A stretch of 64,000 bases of DNA, from positions 29,946,001 through 30,010,000 of the forward strand of contig NC_088859.1 of the NCBI RefSeq assembly GCF_963853765.1. The letters run 5' to 3'. The notes under the pieces were generated by a model. It was not told the DNA's origin. It did not search any database and saw only the letters and a list, made by a program, of their open reading frames with translations. Shown here in pieces: positions 11,807 to 23,231 of the stretch (positions are counted from its first letter, which is position 1; every line of letters starts with the position of its first letter). A program made the translations under genes and the position numbers. The DNA comes from Magallana gigas (taxonomy: Eukaryota).

Positions 11807-13670
11807 CTATAACGACCATAACTTTGACCATGTTTCATTGGATGAGAAGTTCCTTAGAAAATTGTAAACCTGATTGACGTGCAAGTACATGTAGAGCTCA
11901 AATGAAAGATGCTGAAACCCGTCATCGTCGGGACTTGAATACAGAGGGAAATCTACAATATCTATTCCCTTGAGGACGGAAAAGTTTTCAATGCCACACA
12001 AAAGTCCTTTAACGCTTTTCCTCAACTGTTGGACATCACCACAGATGTTATCATAGCGGACGGTCTCGTTCTGACACCTTTTTTTGATCGCCAAATTCAG
12101 AAGAGCGTAACTTTTGAGGAGGGATGTGTGTAATTCCACAGTTAGGTTTTCTGCAGTAGTCTGGAATAAGATAAAAAGTTTGAATAAAGTGATGTCAATT
12201 GTTTCATTCACAGTTGAGTTTTTGACCTACTCTAGTTTCATCACATAGTTATATTAAATGTAAACTAGCTGTAAAAATGTTTCCAACAATTAGCGACTGA
12301 TATCATTTGCAAAAGCATTCATGCAATCATAAACTTGTAATTAGCTGGCATTACATGTAAAGGAACAGAAATTTTCGAGTCGGTTTATTTTCAATGTTAT
12401 TTTTAAAGACGACCCCTTTGTATTCCTTGAAAAAAGGGCTATGCTAATTTTGGAAAAGTTTAGAAATAGAACGAAATAATAAACCAATGCTACGCCAGTG
12501 TAACAATTATTATTAACAAACTATTTTTTTCTAAAAATTGAAACACAAAATGTTCTTTACTTACCTCATTTTCTAGCATGTTCTCTGAGGCATAACATGT
12601 AAAGTCTTCCTGTTTGAGTTTTTCAATTAAGCTGTCATTCCTTATCTGTTGAAATAAAATTGTTTGGTACATAATTACTGAATGTGACCGTGTGATTGCA
12701 CGTCATCATTTACAAAACTTTTATAAGCAATTGTTTTACTCTATTAAAAAGCAATTAAATAAATTACTAACGATTTCGGAGATTTTGGAGAGCAATTGGC
12801 TGGTGAAATGGACAGACTTTGCGAGAAATTCCTGGATCCTTTGAAGTATGTGTCTCACGTAGTCTTGGTCGTGTTCGGATGGTTTGTTATCGGGGCAGGG
12901 TTTTTTGAGCAATCCATAAATCTTGTTTCCGGTGATTACACCTGATCCCGCGGTGTAGATACGCAGAGGGCAGTCATTCGGATTACTTTCTGAATTATTT
13001 TGATTTTGAGACAGCCCAGGAGTTTCGGTGAAGTCGCTGCTCCTCCTTGTGGACGAATCTGACGTCATAGTAACAGCCGAATCTTGCATCATTTCGGCAC
13101 CTCTAGTCGATTCGAATGCTGTGGACCTCTTGACCCGGACATCGCTGGTAGATAGCAATTTGATGATCTTTGGAGCATTTTTCTTGACTTCTTCGTGTTG
13201 TCCTCTGAAGTTCTGCGATACCGTGTGTTTCGTAACTGGTGACGGCCTGCTACCATCGGCTCGGTTAGCGTTGTCGTCGCCATTGTTGATCGCTGGTACA
13301 ATTACGTCATCTATAAAGCTTTCGTGGGCTATCACATCCTCGGGTATTTGGGGCATTTCAACGGTCAGGTTTTCATTTGAGGTTGGAAATAATGCGAGTT
13401 TAAACCCCCAGCTGACAGAGTCTGTAAAGATAAGATTGATTTTATACTAGTATTATATAAACTGAACGCGTTACGAAATTATCTCATTTCCATTCTCAAA
13501 TATTTCTAGCAGATTACTTTATTATTTCTAGCAGATTACTTTATTTTTCTTCACTGCAGCAAATGAAAGGGTTTCACTAACATAACAGTTTAACGTTAAA
13601 TCTACAGGTGATACATACCATTCAAAAGACATAGAATTGTGAAAAATAATAAAACTGGTTGCATGTTCAT
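11807..13670 (-). CDS. Secreted 378-aa precursor; candidate long-chain class-I helical cytokine (IL-6/Unpaired-like)
   Basis: Exons 13670-13619, 13421-12772, 12645-12565 and 12160-11807 all have GT/AG sites, with intron phases 1,0,0 and an uninterrupted frame. The protein has a signal peptide (MNMQPVLLFFTILCLLNDSVSWG), an RVKR site, six Cys and four amphipathic segments. The gene model is well supported; the fold call is inference. Confidence 0.8.
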
Positions 13671-15703
13671 TTCTTCAGTGTTGAGTCTTATTAAAACTAA
13701 GTTCAAATATATCATGCTTTCGCTGATGTCGAATTTATATATGCAGAAAGAAAGAAAGAATTTTAGAAAGAAAAGTTTCAAATGTTAAATCAAAGTAACT
13801 AATGAATGAATTCTTAAGACGGCATTCAGAGTTGTAATAGAAAAAAGCGACCAATCAGATCCCTATCCTTTAGTTTCGATTTTATCGAAAAATCTTAGAC
13901 AATTTAATTACTTTCACTTTTAATGCTACGGAAACGATGTGTCAGCATCTGATGCTTCGTTCTATATTTAGATTTTTTAAATATACAATTTCTTGATCTG
14001 ATTATTTGTGTGTAAGTAGTAAAAATATATCATAGCTTCAACTGTGTATAATATTCACAGATTCTGAAGATTTTCCTTGAGAAAAAAATCATTAAACGAA
14101 TAGTTTAATAATGCTTTAGGTCAAATATTATTTTTCTTTCAAACTGGTATTGTTATTAAATTCTGTTGAGTGGAGTGTTTAGAATACCAGTACCAGTATA
14201 TGCCTACCAAACTGCACAATTATTTCAAATGTGTGTTTAATTTCATTTTATATATATTAATATGTTTAAATGATATCATTAATGCATATTCTTTCTTTCT
14301 TTTTTTCTTCCACTAATCGGCTCATGAAAAATCATTTGGACAACCTGTAAATATATTTTATCTAAATGGTTAGCCATCCAACTTTAATTCTTATTCACTT
14401 TTTTTTAATCCGAGTAGTCCAACTAAATATAAACTGACTAACCATATTCTTCGCTGGAATCATTCAATGAATGCTTCCGACTTCGAGTATTATAGGTCAG
14501 TGTGGACTAAGAGTGATCTTAATCGAATTTTTTAAAATGATTTGGCTCAAAGGTCTTTGATTAATTTCAAATAATAATATTTTCATATAGAGCTGTGAAT
14601 GCACTCTTTGTAGGTTTGTTTTACTTTAAGTACTTTTTAAAAATATATACATGTATTTGAAAAGTAAAAATCGGACATAGATTTTATATATGTATTAATT
14701 TCTAAATCAAAACTATGACGGACTTGCTCTAAGTTCTACCTAAAAAAAGTTTTGTTTATTTTGTTTTTGTTTTTTGTATTTTTTGTATATTTCATAAAAC
14801 AATCATAAGTTCTCAACGCATTTCTGGCCACTGCGTTATATAATCGGCCAAGGTTTGCCGAATTCACATTCGGCAAAACTCGACTGATTCAATCGCGTAC
14901 AAGTATATCGAAAAAAAAAAGAAGAGTTACGAATGGGCCGTGCTGTTTGGAATGCATAGTTAATCATTAAAAGCTGCTTGTATGACACTCAAGAATGTAA
15001 AGTGCTCGTTTCCGGTTGTCAGATACAACGCCGTCTATTTTCATTTTATATATATATTTGTTTTTTCGCGGAAAAAAACCCTCAAGTAAGTTCTACTGAT
15101 TTGGATTTTTGAAATCCATATCTAAGTGAATCTGTAAAATACGTTAATCCTAATCTGGTTCAACTGATATCTCATTACCAGTATTTTTTAACTTTATTTA
15201 TCTGACAGCTCACCTCAAAATAGTGAAGTTGTACATAATGCAAAAACAAAAGAAAACAAACATTAAATTAACAAACGAAGAACACAATACTTTAATACAT
15301 AAACATAAAACCACCCAACCAGTGAAACTAATTAATGAAACGTTCATATGATCTGATTGACTTGGTTGGGGAGACCGGAGGTGGGGGGGGGGGGGGGGGG
15401 TAAGTCACACGTACTTACCTATAGCAAATTCTTTCTATTTTTAGCATTCTACGGTCTACTGAATTACATATAGCTACGTACGTGTGTAATAATAAATCGA
15501 ATGAGATGCAACGTTTGTGCAGAATATATCGAATCTTATAATTTTCGATTATTCAATCAATTATGATATTTAATCATTGTCAATTAAAATCTATGGAAAT
15601 TCTTTTTGTTTAAGTTCTTAGTTTTACAGCAGAAGAAATCAAACAGAAAAATTTAAAACGAAAATAGAAACTACTAATCGTTTTCTTTCCGGTAGAGATT
15701 GCT

Positions 15704-16044
15704 GGAAATTTCCAAATTGCACGATTTAAATTGATCAAGGAAAAGGGCCAGTAATTTTGGTGATCGAGACAAAATATCTTTATGCCCATGCATTGATCTT
15801 AACAGTTACCAATAAAGCTTATTCCATTAATAGACTTAAATCTTTCGTTCCATCTATGAACTGCAGCTTGTTAATTTTTTACCTTAAAAAACAACTAAAT
15901 GGTCATTGACGAAATAATGTCATTTATTAATGACGAATCAAAAACTTGTACAAATAAACCACATCACAAACAGGGAGATCCCTGACAAAGTCAATACTTA
16001 AACTTATTAAAATGACTTATGTAACAGGTACTGTGGGATCTCCC
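15704..16044. promoter_or_regulatory. Three kB (Rel/NF-kB)-like sites upstream of the cytokine-like gene
   Basis: GGAAATTTCC at 15704-15713, GGGAGATCCC at 15973-15982 and GGGATCTCCC at 16035-16044. They lie 5' of a strong minus-strand donor (AG|GTAAGT, exon end 15419) that may close a 5'UTR exon. Confidence 0.4.
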
Positions 16045-17289
16045 TTATTAGTTAAAAAACACCTGAACAAATATTGAGATCACCCGGTAAAATATAACCA
16101 AAAATAGTAAACAACAATGGCAGGGTGAACTCCCTTAATATAAACATGTAAAAAATTAAGGTGGCATATACAAAGTTCTGCCATAAATCTAATAAAACCA
16201 TGATGCACACAATGTAAACATTAGAATGGATTTCTGATATTGGCACAAGCTATTATGACTGTTTTAAATCATAAAATTATTTGGACGGTTAGATGGGGAT
16301 GGTGGTGGGTTAAACTTTACAAAGCGATCAATATCTTAGATTACGGAAACACGTCTTTCTCACACTTGAGTTTAAAACAAAAGTTATATACACGTGATCG
16401 AAATACTCTCATTTCATTGGCTAATGACAAGGTACAAGCACAGGCATTTATAAATAGATACATGATGGACAAATTAGCTAAAAATAACCAATAAAAACCG
16501 GAACTTAAATTAGAATTTCTAAAAATAGAATTAACGATACAATGATGACATAAAACATATTATTTGGCAATAATATTTCATTACTTCAGTCAATCATCAC
16601 GTTTCTCCATCTCTTTCGGAGAGATGTGATACGTATTGCCTTTGCCGAAAAGAAGCCTAAAATCACATGAGAAATCCCTGTAGATGTGTCAGGAAAAGCC
16701 CTAGTTTGTATATATATATATACATGGAAATGGAAAAGTATACATCGGCTCTAAGCCATCTATATTGTTTTTCTTGTATTGAAAAATTCTTGAACATTTT
16801 AATGTATTTATAAGCGTGAAACTAAAACATTACTTTTCATTCAATTTAGGGCGAGGTACTTAAACCAGCACTGTCTTCACTCTTTATTTTGGAAATTCAA
16901 CAAAAACCACTGGTATTCCAATAGTTTATTAACTCGCATTCCATGATATTCATTTGATATTTTAAAACATTTGAATACATTTGAAACAAGCAAAATAATA
17001 ATCCATTTCTTCTAAAAATCAACTTCTTTACTTATTTATTAATTCATCAATTGCCAAATTAGGGTGTTATTCGTTGAATTAATTATAAGCAAGTTACAGT
17101 TCTTACGATTCTCTGCTTTGTTTTTGTTTACATTTTAAACGTCGAAGTAAAAATTCCAGTTTTAGACTTAAAATGAATTTGTTTAACATTAAGAACTGTT
17201 TTTTTTTATGCTTAAAATGAATAAGAAGATAGACAGATCAGTTTGAAAAAAAAAAAACCATATACTGGTATATTGAACCTATTTAACAT

Positions 17290-17462
17290 AAACAAGGTAC
17301 GGGCCTTGTTTACAAGACAAAGAATTGTAACCCCTTAATCTCGCTTATAACTCTACGACTGACTCTCAAATTTCATTTGATAATTAGAAATGCATTCCTA
17401 AAGCATTGTAAATAATAAAAACAGAAAAAAGGATTTTATCAAATCGTGAACATGCCCCTTTA
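17290..17462 (-). mobile_element. Terminal fragment of a Kolobok-like non-autonomous DNA transposon
   Basis: Ends ...aaatcgtgaacatgcccct|ttaa, the same terminus type and TTAA flank as the 25465-25989 element. Confidence 0.5.
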
Positions 17463-17903
17463 AGAAATGAATCCAAAATGCCTTTTCAAAATAAATAAAA
17501 ACACTGCGGCCTTTTTTTCTTCAAGATTTGGCTTGGTTTGTTTTGAGCGAAAGCATATTAGTCTTCATTTTCAAAATAAATGATTTTTTTTTAACTAGTT
17601 AGAAGGAGTTGGTATCTTGTAGTAACGAGTAAGTATCTCGTTATTCATAAAGAGTTAATTATCTCAACTCAGTTTAGCAATACCCCCCCCCCCCCCCCCG
17701 TAAAAAAATTCAGTTGTGAATACTTTTAAGGAAGGAGTCTTCTCGTTATCAAACACACTTCGTATTATAGGAAACTCAAGAAATTTTGATACAGTCAAAC
17801 AGATCATATAACCAAATGATTCTATCAGTTAAATCAAATTTGACCTCCTTAATTGTTTTTGCATAAGTTCGCATAGTTCTTTGCACTTATGTAGACATCT
17901 GAA

Positions 17904-18063
17904 TTAGATATGAAGATTCTATTCTTCAATGAAATGATAGAATATCAGAATGTCTATCAGCTTGTACTACTCAAAGTAGTAAAAGTACAATATATTTAGA
18001 TATGAAGATTCTATTCTTCAATGAAAGGATAGAATATCAGAATGTCTATCAGCTTGTACTACT
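17904..18063. repeat. Direct repeat, 2 copies of ~68 bp, period 92
   Basis: ttagatatgaagattctattcttcaatgaaa.gatagaatatcagaatgtctatcagcttgtactact at 17904 and 17996. Confidence 0.85.
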
Positions 18064-19321
18064 AAACTGGAATAAATATTTTTAACTATAATTGATATTG
18101 CTTAGCCCGCATTTCCTCTACTTTTCTAAAATTTTGAAGATATTTTGATATTTTTTTATGCTTCCAATATTAAAATATTTCTGATTTTTACGTAATTTTT
18201 GTAAGAGAATTCTTGTAGTCGACAAAAAAAACTACATATAATTTAGTGCATTGTGAACAGGGTAGACTGCCTTTGTACATTAAAAGGAAGCTAACAATTT
18301 GAAACATTGGTCAAAAATTAAAAATACAATTAACATTATCTTGATGGAGGCATGCGAAAGCTTCGCGTCAGGCAATATTTCGTCCCTCGGGGGCTAATAT
18401 AATCAATGTTGCCCTCAACCCCAGTCAATATTTGTATATTGTTGCTTGTTTGATGGCACTATATAAGAAACCAAGCAAAGGTGTACTTAACCTTTATTTC
18501 TTACCTTTGACGACATAATATGTGTATCAGTATAACGCAACTCACATTAAAATTAAAGACGTTTATGTGCATCAACCGTACCCCTTAGAAAATTCAAATT
18601 TCTTAAATAACATAGTAAAGTTTGAATTCAACTTATCAATCTCTGATGAACTTCAAAGACGTTCTAAGATCCTAAAATGGATTTCCGTGAATCGCGTGCT
18701 TACATATTATATGTATTTTCATAGCTTATAAGATATGTTTCTAACTTACAACTTGTAATTGATCATCAACGCTGAAGAAAGGTATTTCGCTTTTTTACGC
18801 AGAACATCACTGCAGAATCATGAATAACCTTTTGTTGACAGCAGACCCTGATAAAAAAGTTTCTCCCATGGGAGAAAAAACTGGGGCTTTAATGTCGAAC
18901 TTATGTAATTAATACACTGTTGATTGTCAAAACAAGCCAGAAAGATGTATATATATCCCACTTTTGACCGTGTAAACAATAAAGTTAACACTAACACGCT
19001 CCATTGAACTAAAATAGCCATTATTACTGCCGCTCCAATGAATACAGATCGCCGTTATTAGTTTCAATTTAGTCTTCTTCTTTTTTTAAATTCATTTTTA
19101 TGCAAAATTATTTTGGGCAGCGACCGCCTCTGTCGCCCCTGTTCCAACATCCATGAAATATCAGTGACTAGTACATGTATAACATTAAGGTGCTATCATT
19201 TGAAGGAAAAACGACATTTAAGGAAAGGCACATGGTGTCTTGATCTCAGACCCTCTCCCCTTTCATCATCTACATTATTACCAGATCAGATAGTCTTGTA
19301 AATTACTCATTATACAAATAT

Positions 19322-19639
19322 AACTTATTCGTCCGAACAAATAGCTAAGTCGTCCGAACAAATAGCTTATTCGTCCCAACAAATCTTAATTCGTCCGAAC
19401 AAATAACCTATTCTTCCGAACAAATCCTAATTCGTTGAAACAAATTGTAATTCCTCCGAACAAATAACTTATTTGTCCGAACAAATCCTAATTCGTCCGA
19501 ACAAATCCTAATTCGTCCGAACAAATAACTTAATTATTTGTCCGAACAAATAGCTAATTCGTCCGAACTAATCCTAATTCGTCCGAACAAAACAAATAAG
19601 ATTGTTTATTTTTCATCCGGCCATTCCACGCCGCCGTAG
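19322..19639. repeat. ~21-bp minisatellite (ttcgtccgaacaaatcctaa-type) in the remnant of a DNA transposon
   Basis: About 12 tandem cgtccgaacaaat units, followed by a terminus-like sequence ttttcatccggccattccacgccgccgta. Confidence 0.8.
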
Positions 19640-20493
19640 GAAACCAATTAATCATGATATAATAAAAAAAAAGTATTTTTCGAACTTCATCACACTCTTT
19701 AGATATTGAAAAGGGTCGACAAAACAAGGTGCTAAGAAATCAGAGATTTTGCAATCTTTGTAATAAAAAATATCTAGAAAATAAGTTCCACTTTTTAACC
19801 ATGTGTCCTTTTTCACGCTGAGTTGTATAAAGAGTTTTTATTCCCCCCCCCCCCCCCCCGGAAAAAGTGTTTTTAGGTTAGTTAAACTTCTAAGTGTTAA
19901 CAATAAAAATGAACTCAAAATTTCAAGTTATTTTATCTTAAATTGATTTTATGTATTTTAAAGATTTTTCCAATCGCGTGCTAGCCAGTGATATAAATTT
20001 ATAGACAAGTAAATAAAGCCATAACATATGTAAAATGATATGAAAAAAAAACCCATAGAAACTTAACTTTTGCAATTACATTGCAACAGAAAGTTTTTAA
20101 GAGAAAATAAGAAAATGAAAAAATTAGTCAGAATTTCCTCTGTTTCGATTCTAATCTACCTTTGTCTGAATATATCTTCCTCAAATAAACAAATCATGGA
20201 TATCAGTATCGTTTTTTGTTGATAACGTTGTTATTTTGTGTTTTAAAAACAACTTTGGACTTCAGATATTGAACTTTGTAAAAATATTTTTTGAAATCTC
20301 AAACCCTGAGTAAACGTAATCCTTAAAGCCTCTTCGCAAGCATTATATTTTTGTACAATTCGCAATAAAATTACATTTCATGTTATAAAGAAAAGATTAT
20401 TTATGGATTTATGGCGTGTTTAACATATTGAAGGATCATAATTTTGGGCAATATATCACCAACATCTTTTATATTAGCTGCGTGTCTGTACTC

Positions 20494-21626
20494 TGTAGCT
20501 CCCGGTCTGAAAAAAAAATCGGATGGACGACCTGGGAGCTACAACTGCAAATTACGGCGCACGAAAAATTGCGCTAGTTTTGGTTCGATTACCGTAATCG
20601 TTTTGATTCCCAAAAAATTCTCGGACATTTTACCACTTTACTGGCCTCTCAGTCTGATATTTTTTTAAACACCACCACCAGCCCAGATAGGTAAAGTTAG
20701 TTATACCAGTAACTGGCCACTAAAAGAAGCTTATCTGTTTAACATATTTGTAATGAAATATACGTATAGGCTAGTAGCTAACGAGACAGATTAAGTGAGA
20801 TATCTGAACAACCGTATTATTATAATATCACGTGGGTGACATAAGAGAATGTTAGAAATAATAAAAATAGTATATATCCTCAATTTATGTTTACAGCTAC
20901 TTGAGTAAGATGTATGAAATTGCTGAAAAATAGAGATATTTGTAAATAGAGGCCTTAGTAGCTCATGAGATAACGAGAGATATCTGAGTAATTGTACTGA
21001 ATATCATGTAGGTGACCTGCAAAAACAATTATATTGACAACACTATTAGACATCTTTATACTATATTAAATGAATTAATGTAATAGTTAAAAGATTAACT
21101 AGTTACAAGTAACTAGTAGACGTGTATTTACTAGTAGCCAACTTATATTTCATCTTGTAGCCAGTTACTAGTGGCTAGTTTTTCTAACTTCTAGTAGCCA
21201 GTTACTGTAGTAGCTCACTTTCTTACTTCTACTAGCCAGTTACTCGTATCCAACTTTTCTTACTGCTAGTAACCAGTTACTAGTTCTAGGAGCCTGTTAC
21301 TAGAAGCTAACTTTACCTATCTCAACAGCCTCCACCCCCCCCCCCCATAGATATTGAAATGGTACAGTTTGTTTACATGTAAAAATCTCGACTCTCGATC
21401 TGGACATGAATTTAACATACTTCAATTTCTGAGGTCAGTAGCATGTTTAAGAGAACGTTGTAGGCAATTAAAGTAACGATATCAGTAGTAAACTGAATAA
21501 ATAATTTACGGTACCCTTTTTCACAGAATGTGTTTGGAAATAAGGTTACCGTAATTAGTCCAAAACTAGCGCATTTTTTGTGCTACGTAAATTGCAGTTT
21601 TTTGCGTGGACCCTGAGGTCCACGCA
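20494..21626. mobile_element. Probable ~1.1-kb element with subterminal inverted repeats and terminal hairpins
   Basis: 20542-20599 is the imperfect reverse complement of 21545-21599. Hairpins lie at 20494-20543 (tgtagctccc...gggagctaca) and 21603-21626 (tgcgtggacc...ggtccacgca). Internal actagtagccagtt repeats occur at ~21110-21310. Confidence 0.5.
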
Positions 21627-22909
21627 GAAAATATATAAGCGAGGTTAAACCGGAGGCTATGGGGAAAATTTAGCCTGCGCATGAGCTAGTCTGGTTCCTG
21701 TGCGTAATAGGTTGCTCAGGGAACCAGGCTATTACATGAATCAGGATCAGGATTCTATGCTATATGCACACATAAGTTCAAAGGCGCTGTAATTGTAAAG
21801 TTGTCGGTAAACAGTAAAGAAACAAAGAATTCCTTTTAAAGAAATGATCGGCATACCGGTATATGAACTGTCAGTATTATGAAATAAGTTAATGTTATGC
21901 CGAAACTACAACAGGCATCAAATAGCATAATTTGCAGTGTTTTGTTGTTTTCCGAAAACTTCCCGATTAAAAATTTTTAAGCATTTAAGTATGATTGAAT
22001 AATTATGTGACTGTATATAATAGATGACTGAATAATTCTGTCACTGTATAAAAGTTAAAATCTCAAGAAAATTACATCAAAATATGAAATTAATTTACAC
22101 ATATAGCTGTCACTGCATAGTTAACAAAGTAGTGCAAAGCGTAATGTTTGCGCAAATAGTAGAATTCGCCGAATGCCTGATACTATACATGCAGTCTTCA
22201 TTAATAAAGATCATAATTATTTAAGAGGTATGAACCTAAACTCTGAGATAAAAAGTCAGGGCTATACTTATATAATACAACATACATACAAATTTAGTGG
22301 CTAAAAGTAGGCGGCTAGAGTCGGAGGAATCTCAGATAATCTTAAGACTTTCACGTTTTCGTTGGAAACACATGCATATGGTCCACGTATTGCAGTCCTT
22401 TTTTAAAGGACAGCAACTTGTTGTTACTATAGATGACACTCTAGTTCCCAGGTAGTCCATCCGAACTTTTATGTCTGACAACATGTATATCTCACTTTTA
22501 TAGATGTATAATATCTCGTAAATATTGTCTTGAATCACGACGATATTGCTATTTTCCATTCCGAAAGACATCATATTATCCTACATCACTGACTAAATCT
22601 ATATGCACGTACTTTTTAATATGAATTATATAAAAAAAAGTGTTAAAAAAATAAACACAAAAAAAAAAAAAAAAAAAATGAAATAAATAATTCGTCACGA
22701 ACTGTGAAATTGACGGATATTTGATCCCTCTCTTACAGGTATAAATTGAATAATGAACCGCGTGAGCGAATTTCAAAACGCAAAAGCTGACAGCAATATT
22801 ATCGATTTATGTGGGCTCATTTTCTTTTGCAAGCGATCTTTCTACATATATATACATATGTAGAACGTAAATGAACGGCAGTCAGAGTTGAGTAGCCTCC
22901 GATAGGAAT

Positions 22910-23175
22910 ATGAACGAAGCGAACCCACAGAATCAAGATGCCAGGATTTCTCCGGAAGGAACCTCACTGCCCGGTGACGAGCGACATTTGCTGGCGTCTT
23001 CAAACATTAAAATGATCAGAAAGTACGTACCCGTCTTGACCAAATCGAAAGCGTCATGCGCCTCGAGAAGATTGCGATTCGTGTATCTTATATGTGGGTG
23101 CCTTTTGTTTGCAATATCTCTGGTATTGATGGTGGCCGGTACCATTAGAGTCAACCAATGCAACAGGGATGAAGA

Positions 23176-23231
<56 letters not shown>

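Noticed and set aside
12130-13380. ENLTVE hexapeptide occurring twice in the cytokine-like protein
   Set aside because: The codons differ and the flanks do not align, so it is probably coincidence around an NLT sequon.
13028-13450. 140-aa plus-strand ORF
   Set aside because: Antisense to exon 2 of the cytokine-like gene; no independent splice or domain support.
15419-15447. MLKIERICY mini-ORF as coding exon 1 of the cytokine-like gene
   Set aside because: It ends in phase 2 and has no signal peptide, whereas exon 13670-13619 gives a signal peptide in the correct phase.
18818-19021. ORF starting with a signal-peptide-like MAILVQWSVLVLTLLFTRS
   Set aside because: Only weak donors follow and no downstream exon in matching phase was found. 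It may be chance hydrophobicity in AT-rich DNA; worth checking only if RNA-seq covers it.
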